DNA of 64,000 nucleotides from Nitrospirae bacterium JdFR-81 (lineage in GTDB: Bacteria > Nitrospirota > Thermodesulfovibrionia > UBA6902), in the NCBI GenBank assembly GCA_002011735.1, contig MTOQ01000012.1:2259-66258 (forward strand). Reading direction: 5' to 3'. The position numbers and the translations under genes are program-made. Below, piece by piece: positions 52,101-62,125 of the stretch. The notes below the pieces were generated by a model that saw nothing but the letters and a program-made list of their open reading frames with translations, was not told the DNA's origin and did not search any database. Position 1 is the stretch's first letter, and each line of letters begins with the position of its first letter.

Positions 52101-53975
52101 ATGATAATCGAGGATATAAACGGCCCTGAGGACATAAAGTCACTCTCCCTCAGCGAATTAAATGAACTTGCCAGGGAGTTGAGAGAGGTGATCATCGAGA
52201 GGGTGGCGATTAATGGTGGTCACCTTGCATCCAGCCTTGGTGCTGTCGAGATAGCCATAGCACTCCATTATGTATTCGACTCCCCCAGGGATAAGATAAT
52301 ATGGGATGTGGGACACCAGTCCTATGCACATAAATTACTGACAGGCAGGTTCAGGGAATTCCACACCCTCAGGAGATACAGGGGGTTATCAGGCTTTCCA
52401 AGGATGCAGGAGAGCCCACATGACCCCTTCGGGACAGGCCACAGCTCCACATCCATATCAGCAGCCATCGGGATGATCGAGGCCAGAGATCACAAAAAGA
52501 AGGGCTTCAAGGTGATACCTGTTATCGGTGATGGCGCAATGACGGCAGGGCTCGCCTTTGAAGGGCTCAACCATGCAGGGCACCTGAAGAAGGACATCAT
52601 GGTCGTGTTGAATGATAATGAGATGTCCATATCACCGAATGTGGGCGCCCTCTCCACATACCTGAGGAGGATGATGACAGGAGACCTCTATACAAGGTTC
52701 AAGAAGGAGACGAAGCTATTCCTTGAGAGGATACCAAAGGTTGGAGACCCGATGCTAAAGATCGCACACAGGGCCGAAGGGACAGTAAAGGGCCTGTTTG
52801 CACCTGGCATCCTGTTTGAAGAGCTTGGATTTGAATATGTCGGGCCCATTGATGGACACAGGATAGACCTGCTTGTGGAGACATTCAGGAGGTTCAAGGA
52901 CTTCCCATCGCCTGTCCTGATCCATGTGATCACAAAGAAGGGGAAGGGATATCCACCTGCTGAGAAGAACCCCAGCATGTTCCACGGCATAGGCCCTTTT
53001 GATATCGACACGGGCAGACCACAGTCCTCGGCAAGGACCTCATACAGTGAGGTATTCGGTGAGTGCCTGGTCGAACTGGCAGAGGAGGATAAGAGGATCA
53101 TTGCCATAACAGCGGCCATGACAGAGGGCACAGGGCTTACAGAGTTTGCAAGGAGGTTCCCGAAGAGGTTTTACGATGTGGGCATAGCAGAGCCCCATGC
53201 GGTCACATTCGCAGCAGGGCTTGCCACACAGGGGCTGAGACCTGTTGTTGCCATATATTCGACCTTCCTGCAGAGGGCGTATGACGAGATCGTCCATGAT
53301 GTGTGCCTCCAGAACCTCCCCGTGGTCTTTGCCATTGACAGGGCAGGCATAGTGGGAGAGGACGGCCCCACCCATAACGGTGCATTTGATCTATCCTTTC
53401 TCAGGCATATACCCAATATGGTTGTTATGGCACCAAAGGATGGCAATGAACTCATCAGTATGCTCAGGACAGCACTCTCATACGATGGCCCATGCGCCAT
53501 AAGATACCCCAGGGGCATGGCACCCAGGCTTAAAGGAGACGAGACGCCCAGGACCATGCCTATAGGGAAGGCCGAATTATTGAAGGAGGGCAGGGATATA
53601 CTGATCATCGCCATAGGAAGCATGGTCATCCCATCGCTTGGTGCATCCGAGATCCTGGAGCAGGAGGGTATAAGCGCGTGTGTTGTGAACGCAAGGTTTG
53701 TAAAGCCCATCGATGTGGAGCTGATAGGGCACCTAACACGTAATATAAGGCATGTACTCACTGTTGAGGAGAACGCACTCCAGGGAGGTTTCGGTAGCGC
53801 CGTGCTCGAGACACTCAATGCCCATGGCATCAGGGATGTGAACCTCAGGATGCTCGGCCTTCCTGACGAATTTATACAGCAGGGGCCACAGGAGAGGCTG
53901 AGGGAAGGGCTTGGGCTTGATGCAAAAGGCATAGCAAGGGAGGCAATGGCCCTGTGCCTACCCTCTATCTCATAG
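52101..53975 (+). CDS. dxs: 1-deoxy-D-xylulose-5-phosphate synthase
   Basis: WDVGHQSYAHK, GDGAMT..LNDNEM, DRAGIVGEDGPTH. Confidence 0.97.
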   Translation: MIIEDINGPEDIKSLSLSELNELARELREVIIERVAINGGHLASSLGAVEIAIALHYVFDSPRDKIIWDVGHQSYAHKLLTGRFREFHTLRRYRGLSGFPRMQESPHDPFGTGHSSTSISAAIGMIEARDHKKKGFKVIPVIGDGAMTAGLAFEGLNHAGHLKKDIMVVLNDNEMSISPNVGALSTYLRRMMTGDLYTRFKKETKLFLERIPKVGDPMLKIAHRAEGTVKGLFAPGILFEELGFEYVGPIDGHRIDLLVETFRRFKDFPSPVLIHVITKKGKGYPPAEKNPSMFHGIGPFDIDTGRPQSSARTSYSEVFGECLVELAEEDKRIIAITAAMTEGTGLTEFARRFPKRFYDVGIAEPHAVTFAAGLATQGLRPVVAIYSTFLQRAYDEIVHDVCLQNLPVVFAIDRAGIVGEDGPTHNGAFDLSFLRHIPNMVVMAPKDGNELISMLRTALSYDGPCAIRYPRGMAPRLKGDETPRTMPIGKAELLKEGRDILIIAIGSMVIPSLGASEILEQEGISACVVNARFVKPIDVELIGHLTRNIRHVLTVEENALQGGFGSAVLETLNAHGIRDVNLRMLGLPDEFIQQGPQERLREGLGLDAKGIAREAMALCLPSIS

Positions 53976-56605
53976 ACGGTAACTCCTACATCTACAGGGC
54001 CTTCTATGCCATAAAGAGACTATCCACCTCAGACGGCTTCCCCACAAACGCCATTTATGGCTTTACCAATATGATACTCAAGATCCTGAGGGAGAGGTCT
54101 CCTGAGTATTTTGCGATCGTCTTTGACTCGCCTGAACCAACCGAGAGACACAAGATATATGAGGACTACAAGGCACAGAGGCCGCCTGTGCCAGAGGACC
54201 TAAGGCCCCAGATACCTGTAATCAAGGAATTGATAGAGGCGTTTAATATAAAGACTGTTGAGGTGCCTGGTTATGAGGCAGATGACCTGCTTGGAACGAT
54301 CGCAAAGAAGGCAGAGGAGGAGGGTGTGGATGTCTTCATAGTCTCGGGTGATAAGGATCTGTGTCAGATATTGACCCCGCACATAAGGCTCTATGACACC
54401 ATGAAGGACAGGATAACGGATGAGAAGGCGGTGATAGAGCGATACGGTATAAGGCCTGAAAGGTTCCCTGAGGTGATGGCGCTGATGGGTGATCCGATCG
54501 ATAATATCCCTGGTGTGCCAGGGATCGGAGAGAAGACGGCGGTCAGGCTCATAAAGGAGTTTGGCAGCCTTGATAACCTGTTGAGGAACTACTCAAGGAT
54601 AAAGAGCCCAAAACTGAGAAGGGCCATATCAGAAAACCTTGAGAATATAAGGCTGAGCCTCAGGCTTGCGACCATAAAGACCGATATACCATTTGATATA
54701 TCAATGGATGACCTCAAACCAGGAACACCCAGATGGGACAGGATACTGGATTACTTCAGGAGGTATGAATTCAGCAGTCTCATCAGGCTGATCCCAGAGG
54801 AGGAGGTGGCATCTGATGAAGAGACAGAGTTCATCACCATCCTGAGTGAAGACACACTCGAACAGGCCATCTCCCTGATCAAGGACGATGTGACCATTGA
54901 CACAGAGACCTCATCACAGCATCCTGTAGGGGCCGAGATCGTGGGTATATCCATGACCACAGAGCCTGCAATGGCCTATTATATACCTGTCTCACATTCA
55001 TACAGGGGCGTCCCTGAACAGTTGCCAGGGGAGTATGTATTCAAGAGGCTTAAGAGGATACTGGAAGACCCTGATATAAGGAAGACAGGGCACAATATAA
55101 AATACGATCTCATAGTGTTGAGAAGCCATGGTATAAGGCTCCAGGGGATATACTTTGATACCATGGTGGCATCCTACCTGTTGATGCCGAATAAGGCGAA
55201 TCATAACCTGAATGATGTTGCACTCCATTACCTCGGGCATAAGAAGCTCTCATACGATGAGGTTGCAGGTAAAAGGGGCTTCAGGGAGGTGGATATAGAG
55301 GATGCAACAAGGTATTCAGGGGAGGATGTCTCTGTCACATTGAGGCTGAGGAGGGTGCTTGAACCCATGCTGAGGGACGAGGGGCTTGAGGACCTCTTCC
55401 ACAATATAGAGATGCCCCTGATAGAGGTCCTTGCCGAGATGGAGATGGCAGGTGTGAAGATAGACATCGGGCTGATGAGGCGACTCTCTGACGAGCTCCA
55501 GAGGGAGATCAGTGCCGTTGAGGAGAGGATATACTTCATCGCAGGTGAGAGGTTCAACATCAATTCACCAAAACAGCTCCAGGAGATACTGTTTGATAAA
55601 CTCGGTCTGAGGACACTGAAGAGGACTAAGACGGGATATTCAACAGATGTTGATGTGCTGGAGGAGTTGAGATTCGAACATGAACTGCCCGGTGAGATAC
55701 TCGAACACAGGACACTCTCAAAGTTAAAGAACACCTATGTGGATGCACTCCCCAGGCTTGTCAACCCGAAGACAGGGAGGCTCCATACATCATTCAATCA
55801 GACCGTAACAGCCACAGGGAGACTGAGCAGCTCTGAACCAAACCTCCAGAACATCCCTGTCAGGGGCAGGTGGGGCATGAGGATAAGGGAGGCGTTTGTT
55901 GCCGAGGAGGGCCATGTATTGCTATCAGCAGACTACTCACAGATAGAGCTCCGCATCCTTGCACACCTGAGTAAGGACGAAGGCCTGAGGAGGATATTCA
56001 ATGAGGACGGGGACATCCACACCATGACCGCCTCGGAGATCTTCGGTGTGCCAGAGGGGGGTGTTGATGCCGAGATGAGGAGGAGGGCGAAGACCGTCAA
56101 CTTCGGTATAGTATATGGTATAAGCCCCTATGGCCTGGGCAAGGAGCTCCAGATAGGCACTGATGAGGCAAGACAATATATAGATACATATTTTGCAAGG
56201 CATCAGGGTGTAAAGAGGTATATCGATGAGCAGATAAGGCTGGCCACCGAGAGGGGTTATGTCACGACCATATTCAGGAGGAAGAGGCCGATCCCTGAGC
56301 TCAGGAGCAGGAATAAGACAACAAGGCAGCTTGGAGAGAGGCTTGCCATGAACACGCCGATACAGGGCTCTGCTGCTGACATCATAAAGATAGCCATGAT
56401 CAACATACACAGACGCCTCAGGGACGAAGGGCTGAGGACAAGGATGCTCCTGCAGGTGCATGATGAGCTGTTATTCGAGGTGCCTGTTGAGGAACTGGAC
56501 AGGGCCAAGAGACTGATAAAGGAAGAGATGGAGGGTGCCGTGAGCCTCTCTGTCCCGCTCAGGGTGGACATAGGAACAGGCAGGAACTGGGCAGAGGCAC
56601 ATTAA
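53954..56605 (+). CDS. polA: DNA polymerase I
   Basis: IDGNSYIYRAFYA, DTET, ADYSQIELR, AKTVNFGIVYG, QVHDEL. Confidence 0.98.
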   Translation: MPTLYLIDGNSYIYRAFYAIKRLSTSDGFPTNAIYGFTNMILKILRERSPEYFAIVFDSPEPTERHKIYEDYKAQRPPVPEDLRPQIPVIKELIEAFNIKTVEVPGYEADDLLGTIAKKAEEEGVDVFIVSGDKDLCQILTPHIRLYDTMKDRITDEKAVIERYGIRPERFPEVMALMGDPIDNIPGVPGIGEKTAVRLIKEFGSLDNLLRNYSRIKSPKLRRAISENLENIRLSLRLATIKTDIPFDISMDDLKPGTPRWDRILDYFRRYEFSSLIRLIPEEEVASDEETEFITILSEDTLEQAISLIKDDVTIDTETSSQHPVGAEIVGISMTTEPAMAYYIPVSHSYRGVPEQLPGEYVFKRLKRILEDPDIRKTGHNIKYDLIVLRSHGIRLQGIYFDTMVASYLLMPNKANHNLNDVALHYLGHKKLSYDEVAGKRGFREVDIEDATRYSGEDVSVTLRLRRVLEPMLRDEGLEDLFHNIEMPLIEVLAEMEMAGVKIDIGLMRRLSDELQREISAVEERIYFIAGERFNINSPKQLQEILFDKLGLRTLKRTKTGYSTDVDVLEELRFEHELPGEILEHRTLSKLKNTYVDALPRLVNPKTGRLHTSFNQTVTATGRLSSSEPNLQNIPVRGRWGMRIREAFVAEEGHVLLSADYSQIELRILAHLSKDEGLRRIFNEDGDIHTMTASEIFGVPEGGVDAEMRRRAKTVNFGIVYGISPYGLGKELQIGTDEARQYIDTYFARHQGVKRYIDEQIRLATERGYVTTIFRRKRPIPELRSRNKTTRQLGERLAMNTPIQGSAADIIKIAMINIHRRLRDEGLRTRMLLQVHDELLFEVPVEELDRAKRLIKEEMEGAVSLSVPLRVDIGTGRNWAEAH

Positions 56606-58257
56606 ATCTCCCTCAGCCCCCTCAGGGCCTTCTCATGCCCGGGCGAGACCTTGAGTGCCTTATCAAAGAAGCCCCTGGCGGTGGTCTTAAGACCTGCCCT
56701 TAAATAGACCCAGCCAAGCTCTGCCATATAATCAGGGTTCATGGGATCAAGCTCCACCGCCCGCTGGAGCGGCTCCTTCGCCTCTTTGACCTTCCCCTGC
56801 CTCAGGAGTATCAGCCCATGGAGATAATGATAACGGGCCTTTGAATCATCCAGATATATAGCCTGCCTGACGTATGTCTCGGCCACCTGATAATTACGTT
56901 CATTAAAATACCTCATCGCCAGCCTGTACTTCCTCATTGAAGGAGGGTCAGGCGTGGATGGCCTCCTCGCCTTAACAAAGACCTCGTTGTCATACCTCCT
57001 CCTCTTTTCAGGGTCTGAGAGCACCCTGTATGCCTCGTTGATATATGAGAATATACGGTTCAGTTTATTCCTCAACGAGTCATCATCAAACAGAAAATGC
57101 CTGTCAGGATGGAACCTCTTTGCCACCTTATAATACGCCTTCCTTATCTCATCCTTTGAGGCATCCCTCTTCACCCCGAGCACCCCGTAATAACCGAGCC
57201 TCTCGTAATTCCTGAACATATCCTCTATCTCTCTTATTGATTCAGGGACCTCGGCCTTCTCATAGATATCCCTCACCTCCCTCTCCGAGACGGGTGGGGC
57301 AGGAATGGTCGTCAGGAGCCTTATGCTGAGGAACCCATATATACTCTTGGCAGCCTCAGAAGGCTCGAGACGGGACTTGACGATGATATCCCTTACGGTA
57401 TTCTTATTATCAACAAGCGAGAGCACCCTCTTGCCAGGTTCATCCACATGGATGTCCTGGAAGAGGTCCAATGGGCTCGAAGAGAAGTACACTATCCTGT
57501 CCAGTGGCATATGCTTCATTATCCTCTGGACATCCTTTATCCTCTTTATCCCGTAATATATGAGATTGCCTGGTGAGAGCTTCAGCGTGATCACCTCTTT
57601 GCGGGGAAACTCTCCCTCCTCAAATACAAAGCTCCCGTCCTCAAGGGAGAAGAGGCTGAGTATTATCTCCTCCACCTGCCCCCTTACAGACTCAAAGAGC
57701 TGATGGGGGTTGAGCACACCATGACTGACCAGTATATTACCGAGCCTCTTGCCGGTCTTCTTCATCTCGGCCACCGCCTCTTTATACTGGCCTGGGGTGA
57801 TCAATCCCTTGCGCAAGAGATACTCCCCGAGCCTGTCCTCGGGCTGGTTAGAGGCAGAGAATATCATATCACCCTTCTCCACATAGACCTTCTTTATAAT
57901 GTCCTCAAGCCATACCTTGAAGATACCGGTCCTCTGTGTAAGGTACAGTCCAAGCAGGGCATCAGCCAGTTCATAATATATAATGCGACCGCTTAAACCA
58001 CCCTTCCTCCTTAAGCCAAGCCTTGTAAGGGAACTCTCATGCCTTGTCCAGACAACCTCGCCATCTGTAAGGAGTTCGGGTTTTTCAACCTCAACCTTTA
58101 CTATCTCGCCCCTCTGCAGGTTACACCTCTCACGCACTATAATCCCGACACCACTGAGTGAATAGTCAACAAGCCTTGCTGGCAGGAACCTGTCCTGATA
58201 TCTGAGCCTTGCATCAGAGTCCGCAGGATATCTCTTGAAGTATCTCTTTTCCTCCAT
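56602..58257 (-). CDS. PilZ - DUF4388-like - J-domain - TPR multidomain protein
   Basis: N-terminal RYFKR and DYSLSG (PilZ motifs), RTGIF..GDMIFSASN..RLGEYL..DGSFVF (DUF4388-like), YYGVLGV..FHPDR..INEAYRVLSD (J-domain), C-terminal TPRs. Confidence 0.85.
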   Translation of the reverse strand: MEEKRYFKRYPADSDARLRYQDRFLPARLVDYSLSGVGIIVRERCNLQRGEIVKVEVEKPELLTDGEVVWTRHESSLTRLGLRRKGGLSGRIIYYELADALLGLYLTQRTGIFKVWLEDIIKKVYVEKGDMIFSASNQPEDRLGEYLLRKGLITPGQYKEAVAEMKKTGKRLGNILVSHGVLNPHQLFESVRGQVEEIILSLFSLEDGSFVFEEGEFPRKEVITLKLSPGNLIYYGIKRIKDVQRIMKHMPLDRIVYFSSSPLDLFQDIHVDEPGKRVLSLVDNKNTVRDIIVKSRLEPSEAAKSIYGFLSIRLLTTIPAPPVSEREVRDIYEKAEVPESIREIEDMFRNYERLGYYGVLGVKRDASKDEIRKAYYKVAKRFHPDRHFLFDDDSLRNKLNRIFSYINEAYRVLSDPEKRRRYDNEVFVKARRPSTPDPPSMRKYRLAMRYFNERNYQVAETYVRQAIYLDDSKARYHYLHGLILLRQGKVKEAKEPLQRAVELDPMNPDYMAELGWVYLRAGLKTTARGFFDKALKVSPGHEKALRGLREI

Positions 58258-58620
58258 ATCAAATACCGCCCTTTTGTGCCTGCCAACCCATGTTAATGTC
58301 AGGGTGTAATATAATACTGAAGCAACAAAAATTCAAGATAAAAATCATAGCCCCGGGGAGGGGTTGTTATCTCTGAGTATGAATTTAGTTGGAGAGGGAC
58401 CTTAATCAATCCAGACAGAATATGTTTCCTCTTTACCCTCTTGTCTACTTAACAGCCCGTCTGCAATCCTGGATAAGAGCCTCTTATTTATTTTTAATAA
58501 TTCATTTCAGTATAATATTTTTGTACTTTGTCCTTGATTGCCCCCGAAGAAACAACGGCATTTTTGGATAGATTATCTTTGAGTAAGGATCGAATCAAAG
58601 TCTGCAGGAGACCCGTTCTC

Positions 58621-59961
58621 ATGAAAGACAGACTCGATATCCTGGCCATATCCCTTCTTATATTAATCTCGGCTGTATCCATCTCCAGGATGGCTATTGC
58701 ATCTGACCTGATGTTTCTCAAGGATTGCCTCTCATCCATCAGGGCAGGGGACTATGAGAAGGCCGTCAAGGAGTGCAGGGATGCAACAGAGAAGAGGCCT
58801 GACTCTGCAGAGGCATACTTCGCCCTCTCCTTTGCCTATGACAGGCTTGAGAGGTACGAGGATGAGATAGAGGCCCTGCAGAAGGGCCTGGAGATAAAGC
58901 CTGACTATGAGAAGGCATATCTCTCGCTTGGATATGCATATGATAAGCTGGGCAGACACGAAGAGGCCATCAAGGCGTTCAAACAGGCACTCAGGATCAA
59001 GCCTGATTATCTTGAGGCACATCTTGCCATGGGATATGTCTATGATAAGTTAGGAAAATGTGATGAGACGGTGAAGGTCTGTGAAAAGGCGATCAAGATC
59101 GACCCAAATATCACCGAGGCATATCTTACCCAGGGGTATGCCTATGATAAGATGGGGAGGTATGAGGATGAGGTAAAGGCACTAAAACAGGCAGTGAGGC
59201 TGAGGCCTGACGATGCAAGGGCACACTTCAGCCTCGGGTTTGCCTATGACAAGCTTGGCAGGTATGAGGAGGCTATAGGCTCTTTCATGGAGGTTTTGAG
59301 GATCAATCCTGACAACATCGCAGCCCTCCTTGCAACGGCATATGCATATAACAAACTGGGTAGATATCAGGATGAGGTGGAGACCTATAGAAGGATACTG
59401 AGGATAGAGCCTGACTATACAGGTGTCAACAGGGGGCTTGGATATGCCTATGACAGACTCGGTAGATACAGGGAGGCGATAAGGGCGTACAGGAAGGCAT
59501 TGAAGGATTATCCTGACGATGCAGGGTTACGGCTTGCCCTTGCAAATGCGTATACAAAGATAGGAGACACAGAGGCCTCTATCAGGGCGTTCAAAGGGGT
59601 GATAGAGGTAAAGGGTGATATGCCGGAGGCATACATCGGTCTCGGATTTGCCTATGACAGACTCGGTAGATACAGGGAGGCAGCCGAATCCTTCAGAAAG
59701 GCGATAAGACTCAGGCCCTCCTCTGCAGAGGCACATCTGGGTCTTGGTATCGTGTATGACAAGCTCGGTAGATACAGGGAGGCGATAAGATCCTTCAAAG
59801 AGGCCCTGCGATACAACCCTGACCTTACGGAGGCGCGCTTCTGCCTCGGTGCCGTGTATCACATCACCGGGCAGAAACAAAAGGCGATGGAGGAATACAG
59901 GATCCTCAAGAAGACGGACCCTGAAAAGGCACAGAAACTCCTTGATTACATGAAGGGGTAA
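58621..59961 (+). CDS. Exported or anchored multi-TPR protein (about 11 repeats)
   Basis: Hydrophobic N-terminus from the ATG at 58621 (GGAG upstream) and 34-aa repeats of the LGYAYDKLGRYEEA type. Confidence 0.85.
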   Translation: MKDRLDILAISLLILISAVSISRMAIASDLMFLKDCLSSIRAGDYEKAVKECRDATEKRPDSAEAYFALSFAYDRLERYEDEIEALQKGLEIKPDYEKAYLSLGYAYDKLGRHEEAIKAFKQALRIKPDYLEAHLAMGYVYDKLGKCDETVKVCEKAIKIDPNITEAYLTQGYAYDKMGRYEDEVKALKQAVRLRPDDARAHFSLGFAYDKLGRYEEAIGSFMEVLRINPDNIAALLATAYAYNKLGRYQDEVETYRRILRIEPDYTGVNRGLGYAYDRLGRYREAIRAYRKALKDYPDDAGLRLALANAYTKIGDTEASIRAFKGVIEVKGDMPEAYIGLGFAYDRLGRYREAAESFRKAIRLRPSSAEAHLGLGIVYDKLGRYREAIRSFKEALRYNPDLTEARFCLGAVYHITGQKQKAMEEYRILKKTDPEKAQKLLDYMKG

Positions 59962-60555
59962 TCAATCCTTCCTGCTCACCACGGTGACCTGCTTCTCCGT
60001 CCTTGTGGAGTAGGCGCCCTTGAGGTGGAGGCTGAATCTCTGGAGGAGCCAGAGTTCAGGGAGTATCTCTGCTATGATCTCACCGTCGTCAAAGACCCTC
60101 ACTATAGAGCTCTCTGATACAACAACCGCCACGGCGTTTGTATGCTTTGTTATCGAGGCTGCCGCCATGTGCCGGCTTCCAAGGCCAAGGGGCAGGTTTA
60201 TACCCTTTGAGGATGCATTGATATATCTGCAGGCTGAGAGTATGATGCCAGAGTCAGAAACGATGAAGGCACCATCAAGCTTCGCAAGCTCCTTTATCGT
60301 CTCCCTGATGTCAGGGTTCTCGATGTGCTTCTTCTTGTCAGGATGATACCAGAGCGGGTCGAGTATGAGACACTTTGAGTTGTTGAGCACCCTGTCAGAG
60401 TCGGAGACGACAAACATCGTGCCAACCTTCTTCCCCTCCCTTCCCTCTCGTGCGATCTCTATGGCAAGGACGATAACCTCTTCAAGGGTCTGAAGATTGA
60501 CACCCCTCTTCTTGCTGCATATATCCCTGAGGAAGTCTACCTTTCTCCTCCCCAT
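59962..60555 (-). CDS. Stand-alone diadenylate cyclase domain protein (DisA_N, DacZ/CdaZ-like)
   Basis: EIAREGREGKKVGTMFV, KELAKLDGAF, GLGSRHMAAASIT, VVSES. Confidence 0.85.
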   Translation of the reverse strand: MGRRKVDFLRDICSKKRGVNLQTLEEVIVLAIEIAREGREGKKVGTMFVVSDSDRVLNNSKCLILDPLWYHPDKKKHIENPDIRETIKELAKLDGAFIVSDSGIILSACRYINASSKGINLPLGLGSRHMAAASITKHTNAVAVVVSESSIVRVFDDGEIIAEILPELWLLQRFSLHLKGAYSTRTEKQVTVVSRKD

Positions 60556-60562
60556 CCACCTC

Positions 60563-62032
60563 TCATCTTCCAGAGAGTGTCAGGTAGAATGTCGAGCCAT
60601 CCCTGTATATAAGTAACAATACCGTATCGCCCTGCCTTATCCTGGAGGCCACCTTCTGGAAGTCCTTTGTGTTCTTTATCCTCTTCCTGTTGATCTCCAT
60701 TATCACATCGTCCTTCCTCAATATCCCCCTTGCAGGACTGTCCTCTGTGACATGGGTCACCACAACACCCCTTATCCTGCCCGGTATATCAAGCCTCTGC
60801 CTCACCTCATGGGTTATATCCTGCACATAGACGCCCTTGAAGATATTCTCGAAAGTCCCTGGCAGCTGCTGCATCTCTGTGGGTAGCTCTGCGATCTTCA
60901 CCTTCAATACCACTGGCTTGCCATCACGGATCACCTTCACCTCAACCTCTGTATCAGGTGGTGTGCTGGCCACCATATTCTTCAGGTGGTCAGGGTCTCT
61001 AACCTCTTTGCCATTGTATTCAACGATGATATCACCCCTCTTTATACCCGCCTCCTCTGCAGGGCTGTCCTGCACCACATCCCCAACAAGCGCGCCCTTC
61101 TCCTCTTTGAGCTTGAAGTATTCGGCGATCTCATGCGTCACAGGCTGTATCACCACCCCGAGCCAGCCTCTTATGACCTTACCTTCCTTTATGAGGCTCT
61201 CCATCACCACCTTCGCCATATTGCTCGGGATGGCAAAGCCTATGCCCTGATACCCGCCTGATGTGCTGAAGATCGCTGTATTGATCCCCACAAGCTCTCC
61301 TTTTATATTCACCAGGGCACCACCTGAATTGCCCGGGTTGATAGGTGCATCTGTCTGGATGAAGTCCTCGTAGTCAGCGATACCGACATTCGCCCTCCCC
61401 TTCGCACTCACAATACCGGCCGTAACGGTCTGGCTCAGCCCGTAGGGGTTACCAATGGCTATAACGGTCTCTCCAACCTGGAGCTTGTCAGAGTCTCCTA
61501 TCTTTATGGCAGGGAGGTTCTTTGCATCGATCTTTATCACTGCGAGGTCTGTCTTTGGGTCTGTGCCTATGATCTTACCCACAAACTCCCTCTTGTCAGC
61601 AAGTCTCACCTTTATCTCATCGGCATCCTTCACAACATGGTTGTTGGTCAGGATATACCCGTCCTCGGTCACTATCACCCCTGAACCAAGACCTGACTGT
61701 TTATACTCCCTCGGCCTGCTGAAGAAGCCGAACTCATCGCCAAAGAACCTCCTGAAGAAGGGGTCCTCAAAGAATGGAGAACCAAAACCAGGAACCCTTA
61801 TCGTCTTTGTGGATGATATATTGACAACCGAGGGCTTTACAGCAGCCACCACCTCTGCCATTGCCTGGTTCGTCCTGCTCAGGATGTCAACCGCCTCCTC
61901 TGAGATCGAGGGAGGCCGTGGATCTGTATATCCCTCGGGTGTGAGGTCAAACCTGAATGAGATGCCAAGACCCAGGATAATGCCTATGAGGATAAGGACC
62001 GATGCGTAGACTGCCTTTCTGCTGACCCTCAT
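60563..62032 (-). CDS. degP: DegP/DegQ (HtrA) serine protease with two PDZ domains
   Basis: GSGVI..TNNHVV, DLAV, INPGNSGG, two PDZ domains, N-terminal anchor. Confidence 0.9.
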   Translation of the reverse strand: MRVSRKAVYASVLILIGIILGLGISFRFDLTPEGYTDPRPPSISEEAVDILSRTNQAMAEVVAAVKPSVVNISSTKTIRVPGFGSPFFEDPFFRRFFGDEFGFFSRPREYKQSGLGSGVIVTEDGYILTNNHVVKDADEIKVRLADKREFVGKIIGTDPKTDLAVIKIDAKNLPAIKIGDSDKLQVGETVIAIGNPYGLSQTVTAGIVSAKGRANVGIADYEDFIQTDAPINPGNSGGALVNIKGELVGINTAIFSTSGGYQGIGFAIPSNMAKVVMESLIKEGKVIRGWLGVVIQPVTHEIAEYFKLKEEKGALVGDVVQDSPAEEAGIKRGDIIVEYNGKEVRDPDHLKNMVASTPPDTEVEVKVIRDGKPVVLKVKIAELPTEMQQLPGTFENIFKGVYVQDITHEVRQRLDIPGRIRGVVVTHVTEDSPARGILRKDDVIMEINRKRIKNTKDFQKVASRIRQGDTVLLLIYRDGSTFYLTLSGR

Positions 62033-62125
62033 GACCCCTCTCTCCTTCTTTAATTTATCGTGATGCGAATCCCTGACGGGTTAACCATTTTTAATAATAC
62101 AACAATATATCCTGTTATTCAAATA

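Noticed and set aside
58258..58620. Riboswitch, ncRNA or small ORF in the longest intergenic region
   Set aside because: No c-di-GMP or c-di-AMP riboswitch consensus or stable stem recognised by eye, and the short ORFs lack support. An Rfam search would be needed to exclude an RNA fully.
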